Source: Acidimicrobiia bacterium (GTDB lineage: Bacteria > Actinomycetota > Acidimicrobiia > Spongiisociales > Spongiisociaceae). From it: a DNA stretch of 64,000 nt. Where the stretch lies: NCBI GenBank assembly GCA_041576165.1, contig JBFGLM010000001.1, forward strand, positions 1 through 64,000, written 5' to 3'. The notes under the pieces are model-generated. The model saw only the letters and a program-made list of their open reading frames with translations. It searched no databases and was not told the origin of the DNA. The position numbers and the translations under genes are program-made. Below, piece by piece: positions 41,103 to 49,277 of the stretch. How positions within the stretch are numbered: position 1 is the first letter of the stretch; the number at the start of each line of letters is the position of its first letter.

Positions 41103-42401
41103 ATGAACGAGCGTTACTTCGATCCCTTCATCGAGACCCTCGGGCGCAACGCACTGGAAGAATTCCAGATGCATCGCTTCCGGATGATGCTCGAGGAGAT
41201 CCTCAGCGGGAACGGCTTCTATCAGCGCAAACTGTACGACGCCGGCGTGCGCAAGGCCGGCGACATCAAACGGCTGGAAGACCTGTACAAGCTGCCGTTC
41301 ACGACCAAACAAGAGCTGACGCTCGACCAGATCGGCAACGCGCCGTATGGAACGAACCTGACGTACCCACGGGACCGCTACACGAAGATCCATCAGACGT
41401 CCGGGACGACAGGTGAGCCGCTGCAATGTCTGGACACCGACGAGAGCTGGGAATGGTGGGCGAGGTGCTGGGCGACGGTGTATCGAGCGGTAGGAGTCAC
41501 GCCCCGTGACCGCATCTTCTTCGCCTTCTCATTCGGACCCTTCATCGGGTTCTGGAGCGCCTACGAAGGCGCCAAGCATGTGGGCGGACTGGCGGTGCCC
41601 GGGGGCGGTATGTCCTCGCTCCAGCGAGCACGAGCGATCCTCACCCACGACATCACCGTTGTGGTTTGTACCCCGACCTACGCCCTGCACCTGGCTGAAG
41701 TCGCCGAGGAAGAGGGACTCGACATCGCCGGTTCTGCCGTCCACACGACGATTCACGCCGGCGAGCCCGGCGCCAGCTTGCCCGGCACGCGAAGCCGTAT
41801 CGAGAAGGCCTGGGGAGCCAGAGCATTCGACCACGCCGGCGCCACTGAGGTGGGTGCGTGGGGCTTCGAGTCGCAGGCCCAGAACGGCGTGTTCGTGCAC
41901 GAGGGCGAGTTCATATTCGAAGTCATAGACCCCGATACCGGCGACCACGCCGAAGAAGGCGAGCTCATCATCACCAATCTGGGCCGGGTGGGCTTCCCGG
42001 TCATCCGCTACCGCAGCGGGGACCGGGTGCGGATCGCGGAAGGACCATCCGCAGACGGACGCACCTTCCGGCGGCTCGACGGTGGCGTGATTGGCCGGGT
42101 CGACGATGCGATGACGGTTCGTGGGATCAATGTCTTCCCGAGCGCCATCGAGAACGTTGTCCGCCGGTTCTCCGAGATCGGCGAGTTTGCGGTGGACGTG
42201 TACCGCCGCGACGAGCTGGACGAGCTCGAACTGAAGATCGAAGTGTCGGGCGCCGAGCCGGACATGGTGGCAGCAGCATTACAGGGCGAAATCCGGGACA
42301 GCATCGGTATCCGCTCGACAGTTTCGGCCGTGCCGCACGGGACCTTGCCCCGTTTCGATCTCAAGGCCCGGCGGTTCAAGGATCACCGCTCACGCGATTG
42401 A
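41103..42401 (+). CDS. Phenylacetate-CoA ligase (PaaK)-family aryl-CoA ligase
   Basis: LPFTTKQEL, TSGTTG, DHAGATE, IRYRSGD, GRVDD..VRGINVFP. Confidence 0.88.
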   Translation: MNERYFDPFIETLGRNALEEFQMHRFRMMLEEILSGNGFYQRKLYDAGVRKAGDIKRLEDLYKLPFTTKQELTLDQIGNAPYGTNLTYPRDRYTKIHQTSGTTGEPLQCLDTDESWEWWARCWATVYRAVGVTPRDRIFFAFSFGPFIGFWSAYEGAKHVGGLAVPGGGMSSLQRARAILTHDITVVVCTPTYALHLAEVAEEEGLDIAGSAVHTTIHAGEPGASLPGTRSRIEKAWGARAFDHAGATEVGAWGFESQAQNGVFVHEGEFIFEVIDPDTGDHAEEGELIITNLGRVGFPVIRYRSGDRVRIAEGPSADGRTFRRLDGGVIGRVDDAMTVRGINVFPSAIENVVRRFSEIGEFAVDVYRRDELDELELKIEVSGAEPDMVAAALQGEIRDSIGIRSTVSAVPHGTLPRFDLKARRFKDHRSRD

Positions 42402-43576
42402 TCTGGGGACGCCAGTCCCAAGACTTCGAGATACAGATGCTCAATGGCGGCGGCCGCTCGATCCAACGGGTAGTTGGCTACGACGTGCTCGCGGGCCGCG
42501 GCGCCGAGCCGCTCTCCCAGCTCGGCATCATCAACCAGGCGGGCCACGGCGCCGGCGACCGCGGCCGCATCCCGGGGCGGCACCAGCAAGCCCGTCTCGC
42601 CGTGCGTGACGATCGTGTTCATCGGCGCCACATCGGTGGTGACGACGGGCAGGCTGTTGGCCATTGCCTCGAGCAGTGCCACGCCCAGACCCTCGAACAA
42701 CGACGGGAACACGAACGCGTCGGCAGCGGCCATCAGCGCGGGTACGTCGTCGCGGGCGCCGAGGATGTGAACACCCACCCGGCGGGCGGCCATAGCGGCC
42801 AGAGGCGCAGAGTTGGTCCCGCGCTGGCCGGCGATGACGAACACAGTGGCGGCCACCAGGGTACGGACCTCGTCCACCGCTTCTATGAGGTAGCGCTGGC
42901 CCTTCTGCGATGTCTGGCGACCGACGTTGAGGACCACGAACGGCTCGCCCGGGATTCCGAGCTCGTCGAAGAGCCGGGCCCGGGCCTCTGGTCGGGAAAG
43001 CGGCGACACCGCCCGCTCGAGGTCGATTCCCCGCGGGATAACCACGATCTTGGACGAGGGGAGACCTACGGTGCGCTCCCAGGATGTAGCAACCGCAGGA
43101 GTGAGCGCGTGGAAACGGGCCACGCTTCGCATCGTCAGCTGGTCGAGTACCCGGTAGGCGGCCAGCTTCCACGGCCGGACGTGGGGATTGTCCACGGCGC
43201 GAATGGGCTCGTGGCTGATGTTCACGAGAGTTTCGATCACCGGGATGCGACGAAGCCGGCCCACGATTCGCGACGCCAGGCTGGCATCCGCCACGCTGCA
43301 GTGCAGCAGATCCGGCTCGAGCCGGCGGACGTGCTCGTCCAGTCGCCGGATGATGTCGAGCCGGAATCGCGGTTTTTCGCCCGGCCCGTACAGGAACTCC
43401 ACATCCACGGCGTCGGGCACCTCTGCGGTCCGCAGGCCGCCTTCGTCGTCGGTGAACAGAGCGACGAGGGTATGGCGCAGCCGCGGGTCCTCGAACCGCT
43501 GGAGGTTCGAGACCAGTTGTTGCTCGGCGCCGCCGTTGACGCCCAGCGAGTTTGTGACATGGACTATGTGAGGCAT
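42383..43576 (-). CDS. Glycosyltransferase family 4
   Basis: GGAE, VGR...KG, FPSLFEGLG..LLEAMA. Confidence 0.9.
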   Translation of the reverse strand: MPHIVHVTNSLGVNGGAEQQLVSNLQRFEDPRLRHTLVALFTDDEGGLRTAEVPDAVDVEFLYGPGEKPRFRLDIIRRLDEHVRRLEPDLLHCSVADASLASRIVGRLRRIPVIETLVNISHEPIRAVDNPHVRPWKLAAYRVLDQLTMRSVARFHALTPAVATSWERTVGLPSSKIVVIPRGIDLERAVSPLSRPEARARLFDELGIPGEPFVVLNVGRQTSQKGQRYLIEAVDEVRTLVAATVFVIAGQRGTNSAPLAAMAARRVGVHILGARDDVPALMAAADAFVFPSLFEGLGVALLEAMANSLPVVTTDVAPMNTIVTHGETGLLVPPRDAAAVAGAVARLVDDAELGERLGAAAREHVVANYPLDRAAAAIEHLYLEVLGLASPDQSRER

Positions 43577-43647
43577 CGAGGCTCCCGGCCTGAGGGGAGC
43601 CTAACGATCACCCGCTCCGGACGTCCGCGTCGGCGAGGAGGGTGTTG

Positions 43648-44556
43648 ATGGCTACGGGGACGGTCGACCGGCTGCTGGCCCGGATGTCCGCCATTCCCTT
43701 CATGCGGGGCAACGTCGACCTGGTAGTCCTTGCCTATCACGGGGTAGACGATGCCCTGAGCTTCGGGCGCCATCTGGACCACCTCGTCGCCCACTACTCA
43801 CCGGTCCGGCTCGACGAGGTGCTGGCTGCGGTCGAGGGTGCACCACTCCCCCCACGTGCCGCGCTGATCACCTTCGACGACGGTGAGCGCACAGTGCTCA
43901 CCGTCGGACTTCCAGAACTGACCCGCCGCGGTTTGCCCGCAGTGGTGTTTGCCGTGCCGGGCGTGATCGACACCGACCGACCGTTCTGGTGGGTCGAGGC
44001 GGAGACACTTGCCCGGGCCGGCGCCACCAGCCGTCTGGTGCCACAGCAGGTCCAGAACGAGGGCCCGTCGGCGCTCGTCCGCTACCTGAAGCAGGTGCCC
44101 GATGTCCGAATGCAGGAGATCCTGGCAGAGATGCGCGCCGGGGCCGGACCCGTCCGCACTCGCCAGCTGAGCTCTGACGAGGTGCGCCGCCTCGACGAGG
44201 AAGGGGCTCAGGTCGAAAACCACTCGATGACCCACCCCCTCCTCGACCAGTGCACCGATGAGAAGATCGCCACAGAGATCGCCGCGGCTCACGAGCGACT
44301 GACGGACATCCTCGGCCGCTCGCCCTCGGTATTTGCGTATCCGAACGGCAACACCGACGAACGAGTCGGAGCGGCCTTGGCTGCTCATGGCTACCGGGCA
44401 GCATTCCTGTTTGACCATCGATTGGTCCGCCTCCCGATCCGCGACCCGCTGTCTATCTCGCGGGTGCGGGTCAACTCGACGACAACGCTGGATCGCTTCA
44501 CGGCCATCGCGGCCGGGCTCCACCCGGCCATCCACCGGCTGCGGAACCGGCCGTGA
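43648..44556 (+). CDS. Polysaccharide deacetylase (CE4/IcaB-like)
   Basis: LAYH, ITFDDG, HSMTHP, FAYPNG. Confidence 0.9.
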   Translation: MATGTVDRLLARMSAIPFMRGNVDLVVLAYHGVDDALSFGRHLDHLVAHYSPVRLDEVLAAVEGAPLPPRAALITFDDGERTVLTVGLPELTRRGLPAVVFAVPGVIDTDRPFWWVEAETLARAGATSRLVPQQVQNEGPSALVRYLKQVPDVRMQEILAEMRAGAGPVRTRQLSSDEVRRLDEEGAQVENHSMTHPLLDQCTDEKIATEIAAAHERLTDILGRSPSVFAYPNGNTDERVGAALAAHGYRAAFLFDHRLVRLPIRDPLSISRVRVNSTTTLDRFTAIAAGLHPAIHRLRNRP

Positions 44557-45581
44557 GCCCATCCGACATCGTCGACTTCCGCGACACGGTGGCTGTGGAA
44601 GCGATTACGCCCGCCTGGCACCGACTGGCGTGGGAGACAGCCGGTTCGTCGTACTTTCAGTCGCCTGAATGGGTGCGCGCCTGGTGGGAGCACCTGGCCG
44701 ACCGGCCCGAGACGCGTGTGGCCGTTTGGCGCGACAGGCAAAACGATCTCGAAGCGGTTGCAGCGATGTCCAGGCGTTCGGAACGCCTCCACCGCAAGCT
44801 CCGCGTGCCGGTAACGTTCTGGACCAACGCCGGCAGCGGACCGGGCGCGGCCGACCACACTGGGTTCCCGGCGCTTCCGGGGCGCACGAGCGACGTGGCC
44901 GGCTGGCTGGCCACCCTCGACGGGTCGGTCCTCATCCGCAACGCCGCCCCGACGTCGGCCGCGGCCATTCCGGCGGGAGCCCGGGCGGTGGAGGAATCGC
45001 CCTGCCCCCGGCTGTCCATCCCGGCTGGCGACGAACCGATCGGTCGTTCGTCGAAATTCCGCAAGCGGCTCCGCCGCAACAGCCGCATGCTGCGGGAGCG
45101 GGGTATCGAGTTCCGGGCAGTGGCCGGACCTGATATCAGCGCCTTCATGCTGAACCGACTCATGGATCTGCACGAAGCACGCGGCGAGGCGATGAGCTGG
45201 TCGACTACCTTCACTCCCGCCCGGATCGGGTTTCATCGCCAGCTGATCGAGGGCAGCGACCCAGGTCGCGGCCCGGGCATCATGCTTGCGGAAACCCCGG
45301 AGCAGATCGTCGGGATCCTTTACGGGTTCTGGTGGCGTGACACATTCAGCTACTTCCAGACCGGCTGGGATCCCAGCTGGTGGGAACTCTCCTTGGGGAC
45401 GGCTCTCGTCTACGAGATGATTCTTCACGCCCGGTCTGCGGGCGCCCGCGTATTCGACTTTCTGCGGGGCCCCGAGGACTACAAGTACCGGTTCGGCGCC
45501 GAGGACCTGGTGGACCGCACGTGGCTGCTACCCCGTGGTGCTTCCGGCAAACTGCTCGAAGCGAAAGCCAGAGCCGGCTGA
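44553..45581 (+). CDS. GNAT acyltransferase, CelD/BcsL-like
   Basis: FQSPEW..AW, YFQTG.DP....S.G, FDFLRG.E.YK.RFG. Confidence 0.85.
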   Translation: MSPSDIVDFRDTVAVEAITPAWHRLAWETAGSSYFQSPEWVRAWWEHLADRPETRVAVWRDRQNDLEAVAAMSRRSERLHRKLRVPVTFWTNAGSGPGAADHTGFPALPGRTSDVAGWLATLDGSVLIRNAAPTSAAAIPAGARAVEESPCPRLSIPAGDEPIGRSSKFRKRLRRNSRMLRERGIEFRAVAGPDISAFMLNRLMDLHEARGEAMSWSTTFTPARIGFHRQLIEGSDPGRGPGIMLAETPEQIVGILYGFWWRDTFSYFQTGWDPSWWELSLGTALVYEMILHARSAGARVFDFLRGPEDYKYRFGAEDLVDRTWLLPRGASGKLLEAKARAG

Positions 45582-45631
45582 GCTCGCCCTGGCGCCCGCT
45601 GGAGCGACAATCGAGGGCCGTCAGCACCCCA

Positions 45632-46450
45632 TCATGGGCCCGTATAGCCTTTGAAACGCCGTCTGAGGCGATCCTCCAGCTGGAGGCCCATCCGGAGCTT
45701 CCGCTTGAAGAAGACCATCCCGTCGGACAGCTGGACCGGAACCCGGTTCAACTTGCGCAGATCGGTCCGGGCGGAGATTCCGGGACCGCTCCCGAGCGTC
45801 GCGGTCCGGTAGAGCCTCTCGACGTGAGGGTGGGCAGCGGCCGACCACCAACCATATGGGTAGCAGAAGTGGATGGGGCGCGCGCCGAGCCTCTCTTCGA
45901 TCAGGCGGTTGGACTCCTCCAGCTCACGGGCAATCTCGTTGGAGCCGATCAGGGTCAGGTCGGGATGCCGGTGGGTGTGGGCGCCCAGCGTCATGAGTCC
46001 GGAGCCTGCCATCTCCGCCACCTGCGACCATGTCACCGGTTGGGCCCGACCACCCGGGTACAGCGGCTCGCCCGATTCGGTCGGATGGGTCGTCAGATAG
46101 AGAGTGAAGGGAATCCCCGCGTCACGCAGGGGCGGAAAGGCCAGGCGATACATATCGTCGTATCCATCGTCAAACGTCAGCACCACCAGCCGGTGCGAGT
46201 CCGGCTCTGCCCGCCGGCTCAACGCAGTCTCGAGATCAACGATCTCGAAGTTGGCCTCTAGCCAGTCGAGCTGGCGGGTGAAGATATCGACCGGCACCTC
46301 CATTTCCCGGCCGAGCCCGGCCTCGATCTGGTGGTACACGAGGAGTCGCGGGCCTGCCAAGCGGCCGAATGCGGGGTCGGCCAGCGCGGCTGCGGCTTTT
46401 ATCGACCGTCGTACAGCGCGATCGAGGGCTCGTTGAGCGGGACTCTTCAC
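45632..46450 (-). CDS. Polysaccharide deacetylase
   Basis: LVYH, LTFDDGY, GAHTHRHP, FCYPYG. Confidence 0.9.
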   Translation of the reverse strand: MKSPAQRALDRAVRRSIKAAAALADPAFGRLAGPRLLVYHQIEAGLGREMEVPVDIFTRQLDWLEANFEIVDLETALSRRAEPDSHRLVVLTFDDGYDDMYRLAFPPLRDAGIPFTLYLTTHPTESGEPLYPGGRAQPVTWSQVAEMAGSGLMTLGAHTHRHPDLTLIGSNEIARELEESNRLIEERLGARPIHFCYPYGWWSAAAHPHVERLYRTATLGSGPGISARTDLRKLNRVPVQLSDGMVFFKRKLRMGLQLEDRLRRRFKGYTGP

Positions 46451-46484
46451 CTGACCGCTTATCTCCTCCGCAAGTGGCCGGGGG

Positions 46485-49277
46485 TCAGCCGGGCGGCGTC
46501 AGCGCGACCAGTTCTTCTTCGGTCAGCACGTCTTGCACCAGCAGCCCAAGCCGCTGAAGCGGCGCCACGTTAGCCCGGATGCCCTCGTCGAAGTTGGGGT
46601 CCCATCCCTGCGGCTGCTGCTCGGGCGGCTTCCACGGATACCAGATTCGGGCGTTCGGCGTCGTTCCCTCGAACAGCCAGCCCAGCGCGATGTCGAAGGT
46701 GCGTACGTCTTTGATCTGATCCTCCAGCCGGCGGATCTGCGCATTCTTCCGGTTCTTCGTAGCCATCTTCAGGTGCCGGTTGAGGGTGTCGAGCTGGCGT
46801 CGCAGGAGTTCGGCACGGAGGAGGTCGATTCTCTCTTTGGTGGCCCGCTTGAAATGGGTGAGGGCCTGGAACGTGCCGCCCGGGCTCGACACGTGCCAGA
46901 TCTCGGGCTCGCGGCCGGTCTGGGCGAGGTGACGGGTGAAGAAATGCTCGGCGGTCCAGTGGTTGATCGCGGTGGCCACCCGTTCGCTCGTCCTCCCGCC
47001 GGGCTCTACCGCGAAGAAGCTGATCAGGTCGGCCTGGAGCCGCCGGCGACTGTCATCATCGAGGCCGTCAGCGAGCGAATCGAGCACTCGGCTGCCCAGG
47101 GTCTTGTGTCCCTTGATCCGGACCAGCGGAACAAAACCGTACTTGGTCACCTCTCGAATACCGGGGTCGAACCGTTGGGTGCCTGCAACTCCCGAGAAAC
47201 CCTGCACGATGTGATAGATCGTGGTCTCCATCATTTCGGGTAGGTGGTCGAGTGCGACATGGCCGTTGCCGGTGACCGCCGGCGTCCGGTCCTCATGGCC
47301 GCCGGCCGCCAACGGTAGGTCGATGGGGACGATTTCGGCGGCCTTCAGGTCGGCGGCTGACTCCACCGGCACCGGCGCCGGCAGCGCATCCACCTTTGGG
47401 GCGGGCGTCGGGTTGGCGACCTCTTTGGCTTCGACTCTGGGAGGCGCGGCGCTTTCGGCCTTCGCCGCCGGTCCCGCCTTCGCCCGCTGGCGTTGCATCG
47501 CGGCCACCACCGCATCCACCGGGTCCTCTTCATCGTCGCGCCGGCGTGGCGACGGCGGTTCGGATGCCGGGAGCGTGGGGACTAGTCCGTCGTCGCTGCG
47601 GGATGCCTTCATCACCAGCACTGCCCCCATCACCCCCACCCCGAAGCTGTTGAGCTGAGCGTGCAGCGCCTCTGCCATCGGGGCGGTAGTGCGGCCCGGT
47701 CGGATCGCGAAGATGACGTGGTCGAGCCGGTTCAACACGGTCTGTGCGGTCGTTTCTGTCGCGTCGCTGGTGGTGACGATCGTCATGTCGAACAGGTCAC
47801 CGACCTCTTCGAGCATGATGGCCAGGCGCCTGCTCGCCAGAGCATCCGCTGGATCTCCGAGCCCCTCACCTACCCGCATCGCCACGAGACCGGGCCGGAT
47901 CTCCTTTGTCTCGGTCACTGCACGTTTTACGAAGGACCGGAACGACTCCTCATCGTCCATGCGATGGGCCAAAACTTCGGAGAATGTCGGGCCCAGGCCG
48001 TCGAACTCGGCCAGTTCGGCCGGGTTGTCGAAGTTGGCGTCGATGAGAAGCACCCGGTTGCCCGATGTGACCATGCTCATGGCGAAATCAGCCGCTAAGG
48101 CGTGGACGGCTTCGGGGGGCGAGTTGACGCCGGCAAAGCCGAGATTGGCTCTGGTGCCGCCCAGGCCGCTCTCCACGGTCACACGCATCGCCTGGACGGC
48201 CCGCCGTCGCTGGGGTGGGCCCCCCAGCTCGTACCACAACTGCCCGGCCACCCGAAGTGGGTTGCGCGGTGGCAACTCGGCCAGAACCGGCATGGTTCCA
48301 AGATCCGACCCGACCCAGACGGTCTGCCGGGCCCGGTCGGCCAAGATGACGATTCCTACTGAGAGCCCGGTTCCGACAATCAGCCCCAGTATCCCCGCCA
48401 GCACCTCGGAGGCGGGTTCGGTGGTGTTGTCGATCGTTTCGGTGATCCCCAGGGTGAAGGGCTCGGGCGGCTCGACCTCGAGCAGGATGGCCGTGTAGTC
48501 GTTCAACAACGTGTTGTACTGGTCGTTGAGGATCTCGAGACGGCGGGTCTTTTCGGAGAGCACATCGGACGACGGGACGGCGATTGAGCTGATCTCCTGG
48601 TCGATTTCGGCAATCCGGTCCTCGACAATCTGGATCTCGGCTTCGACATCCTCGACCGTGCGAGGCTCGTCTTCCTGGGGATTGGTGTCCGGACCGAGCA
48701 GCAACTCGATCTCGAGGTCGTCCAGAACTCGCTCCAGCGACTCGCGGTCGCTGGTGAGCTCGTCGACCCGCACGACCAGATCGGGGTCGGCCTGCAAGTC
48801 TTGGTTGAGACCGTTTATCTCTTCCTCGATCGTCGCCAGCGCCGAATCCAAACGCTCTATCTCTGCTTCGCGCTCTGACTGCGAACCTTTCAGGCGGGCT
48901 CGGGCCGCGTTGATGTAGGTGTCGCGCAGCAACAGCGCCGTAGTCTGCGCGTCTGCCTCGTTGCGGGCCAGGCCCACGAACTGGATGATGCCGACGTCCT
49001 CGGGGTCAATCCGGATGATGGCCAGCGGTCCGATGTTGTCAGCGTTGGCGTCCTCAGCGAGATCCATCGCCGCCTCAACCAGGTTCTGCAATCCGGTCTG
49101 GCGGTCGTCGTCGTTCTCAAATGTGAAGAGGACGGGTGCGATGGCTTCGAATTCCGGCTTGATGCGGCTGTTGCTGACGGACGTTATGACAAACCCGGCC
49201 ACGAGACCAACGCCTGCCAGGGCGACAAAGAGCCACCAGCGGGCGCGAGCGATTCGTAGAAGCCGACTCAGTTCCAC
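46485..49277 (-). CDS. Wzc-like polysaccharide co-polymerase with degenerate kinase domain, fused to a PglX-C-terminal-like domain
   Basis: N-terminal TM (RARWW), coiled coil, second TM, CapB-like domain (RVLLIDANF) lacking GK[S/T], Pro/Ala linker, then FF.RH...R.P.IWH.SS...F.AL...WKP..QQP.GWDPNFDEGIRANVAPLQ. Confidence 0.75.
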   Translation of the reverse strand: MELSRLLRIARARWWLFVALAGVGLVAGFVITSVSNSRIKPEFEAIAPVLFTFENDDDRQTGLQNLVEAAMDLAEDANADNIGPLAIIRIDPEDVGIIQFVGLARNEADAQTTALLLRDTYINAARARLKGSQSEREAEIERLDSALATIEEEINGLNQDLQADPDLVVRVDELTSDRESLERVLDDLEIELLLGPDTNPQEDEPRTVEDVEAEIQIVEDRIAEIDQEISSIAVPSSDVLSEKTRRLEILNDQYNTLLNDYTAILLEVEPPEPFTLGITETIDNTTEPASEVLAGILGLIVGTGLSVGIVILADRARQTVWVGSDLGTMPVLAELPPRNPLRVAGQLWYELGGPPQRRRAVQAMRVTVESGLGGTRANLGFAGVNSPPEAVHALAADFAMSMVTSGNRVLLIDANFDNPAELAEFDGLGPTFSEVLAHRMDDEESFRSFVKRAVTETKEIRPGLVAMRVGEGLGDPADALASRRLAIMLEEVGDLFDMTIVTTSDATETTAQTVLNRLDHVIFAIRPGRTTAPMAEALHAQLNSFGVGVMGAVLVMKASRSDDGLVPTLPASEPPSPRRRDDEEDPVDAVVAAMQRQRAKAGPAAKAESAAPPRVEAKEVANPTPAPKVDALPAPVPVESAADLKAAEIVPIDLPLAAGGHEDRTPAVTGNGHVALDHLPEMMETTIYHIVQGFSGVAGTQRFDPGIREVTKYGFVPLVRIKGHKTLGSRVLDSLADGLDDDSRRRLQADLISFFAVEPGGRTSERVATAINHWTAEHFFTRHLAQTGREPEIWHVSSPGGTFQALTHFKRATKERIDLLRAELLRRQLDTLNRHLKMATKNRKNAQIRRLEDQIKDVRTFDIALGWLFEGTTPNARIWYPWKPPEQQPQGWDPNFDEGIRANVAPLQRLGLLVQDVLTEEELVALTPPG

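Noticed and set aside
46485-47240. A functional BREX defence system
   Set aside because: Only a PglX C-terminal-like domain is present; no methyltransferase core, brxC, pglZ or brxL in the window
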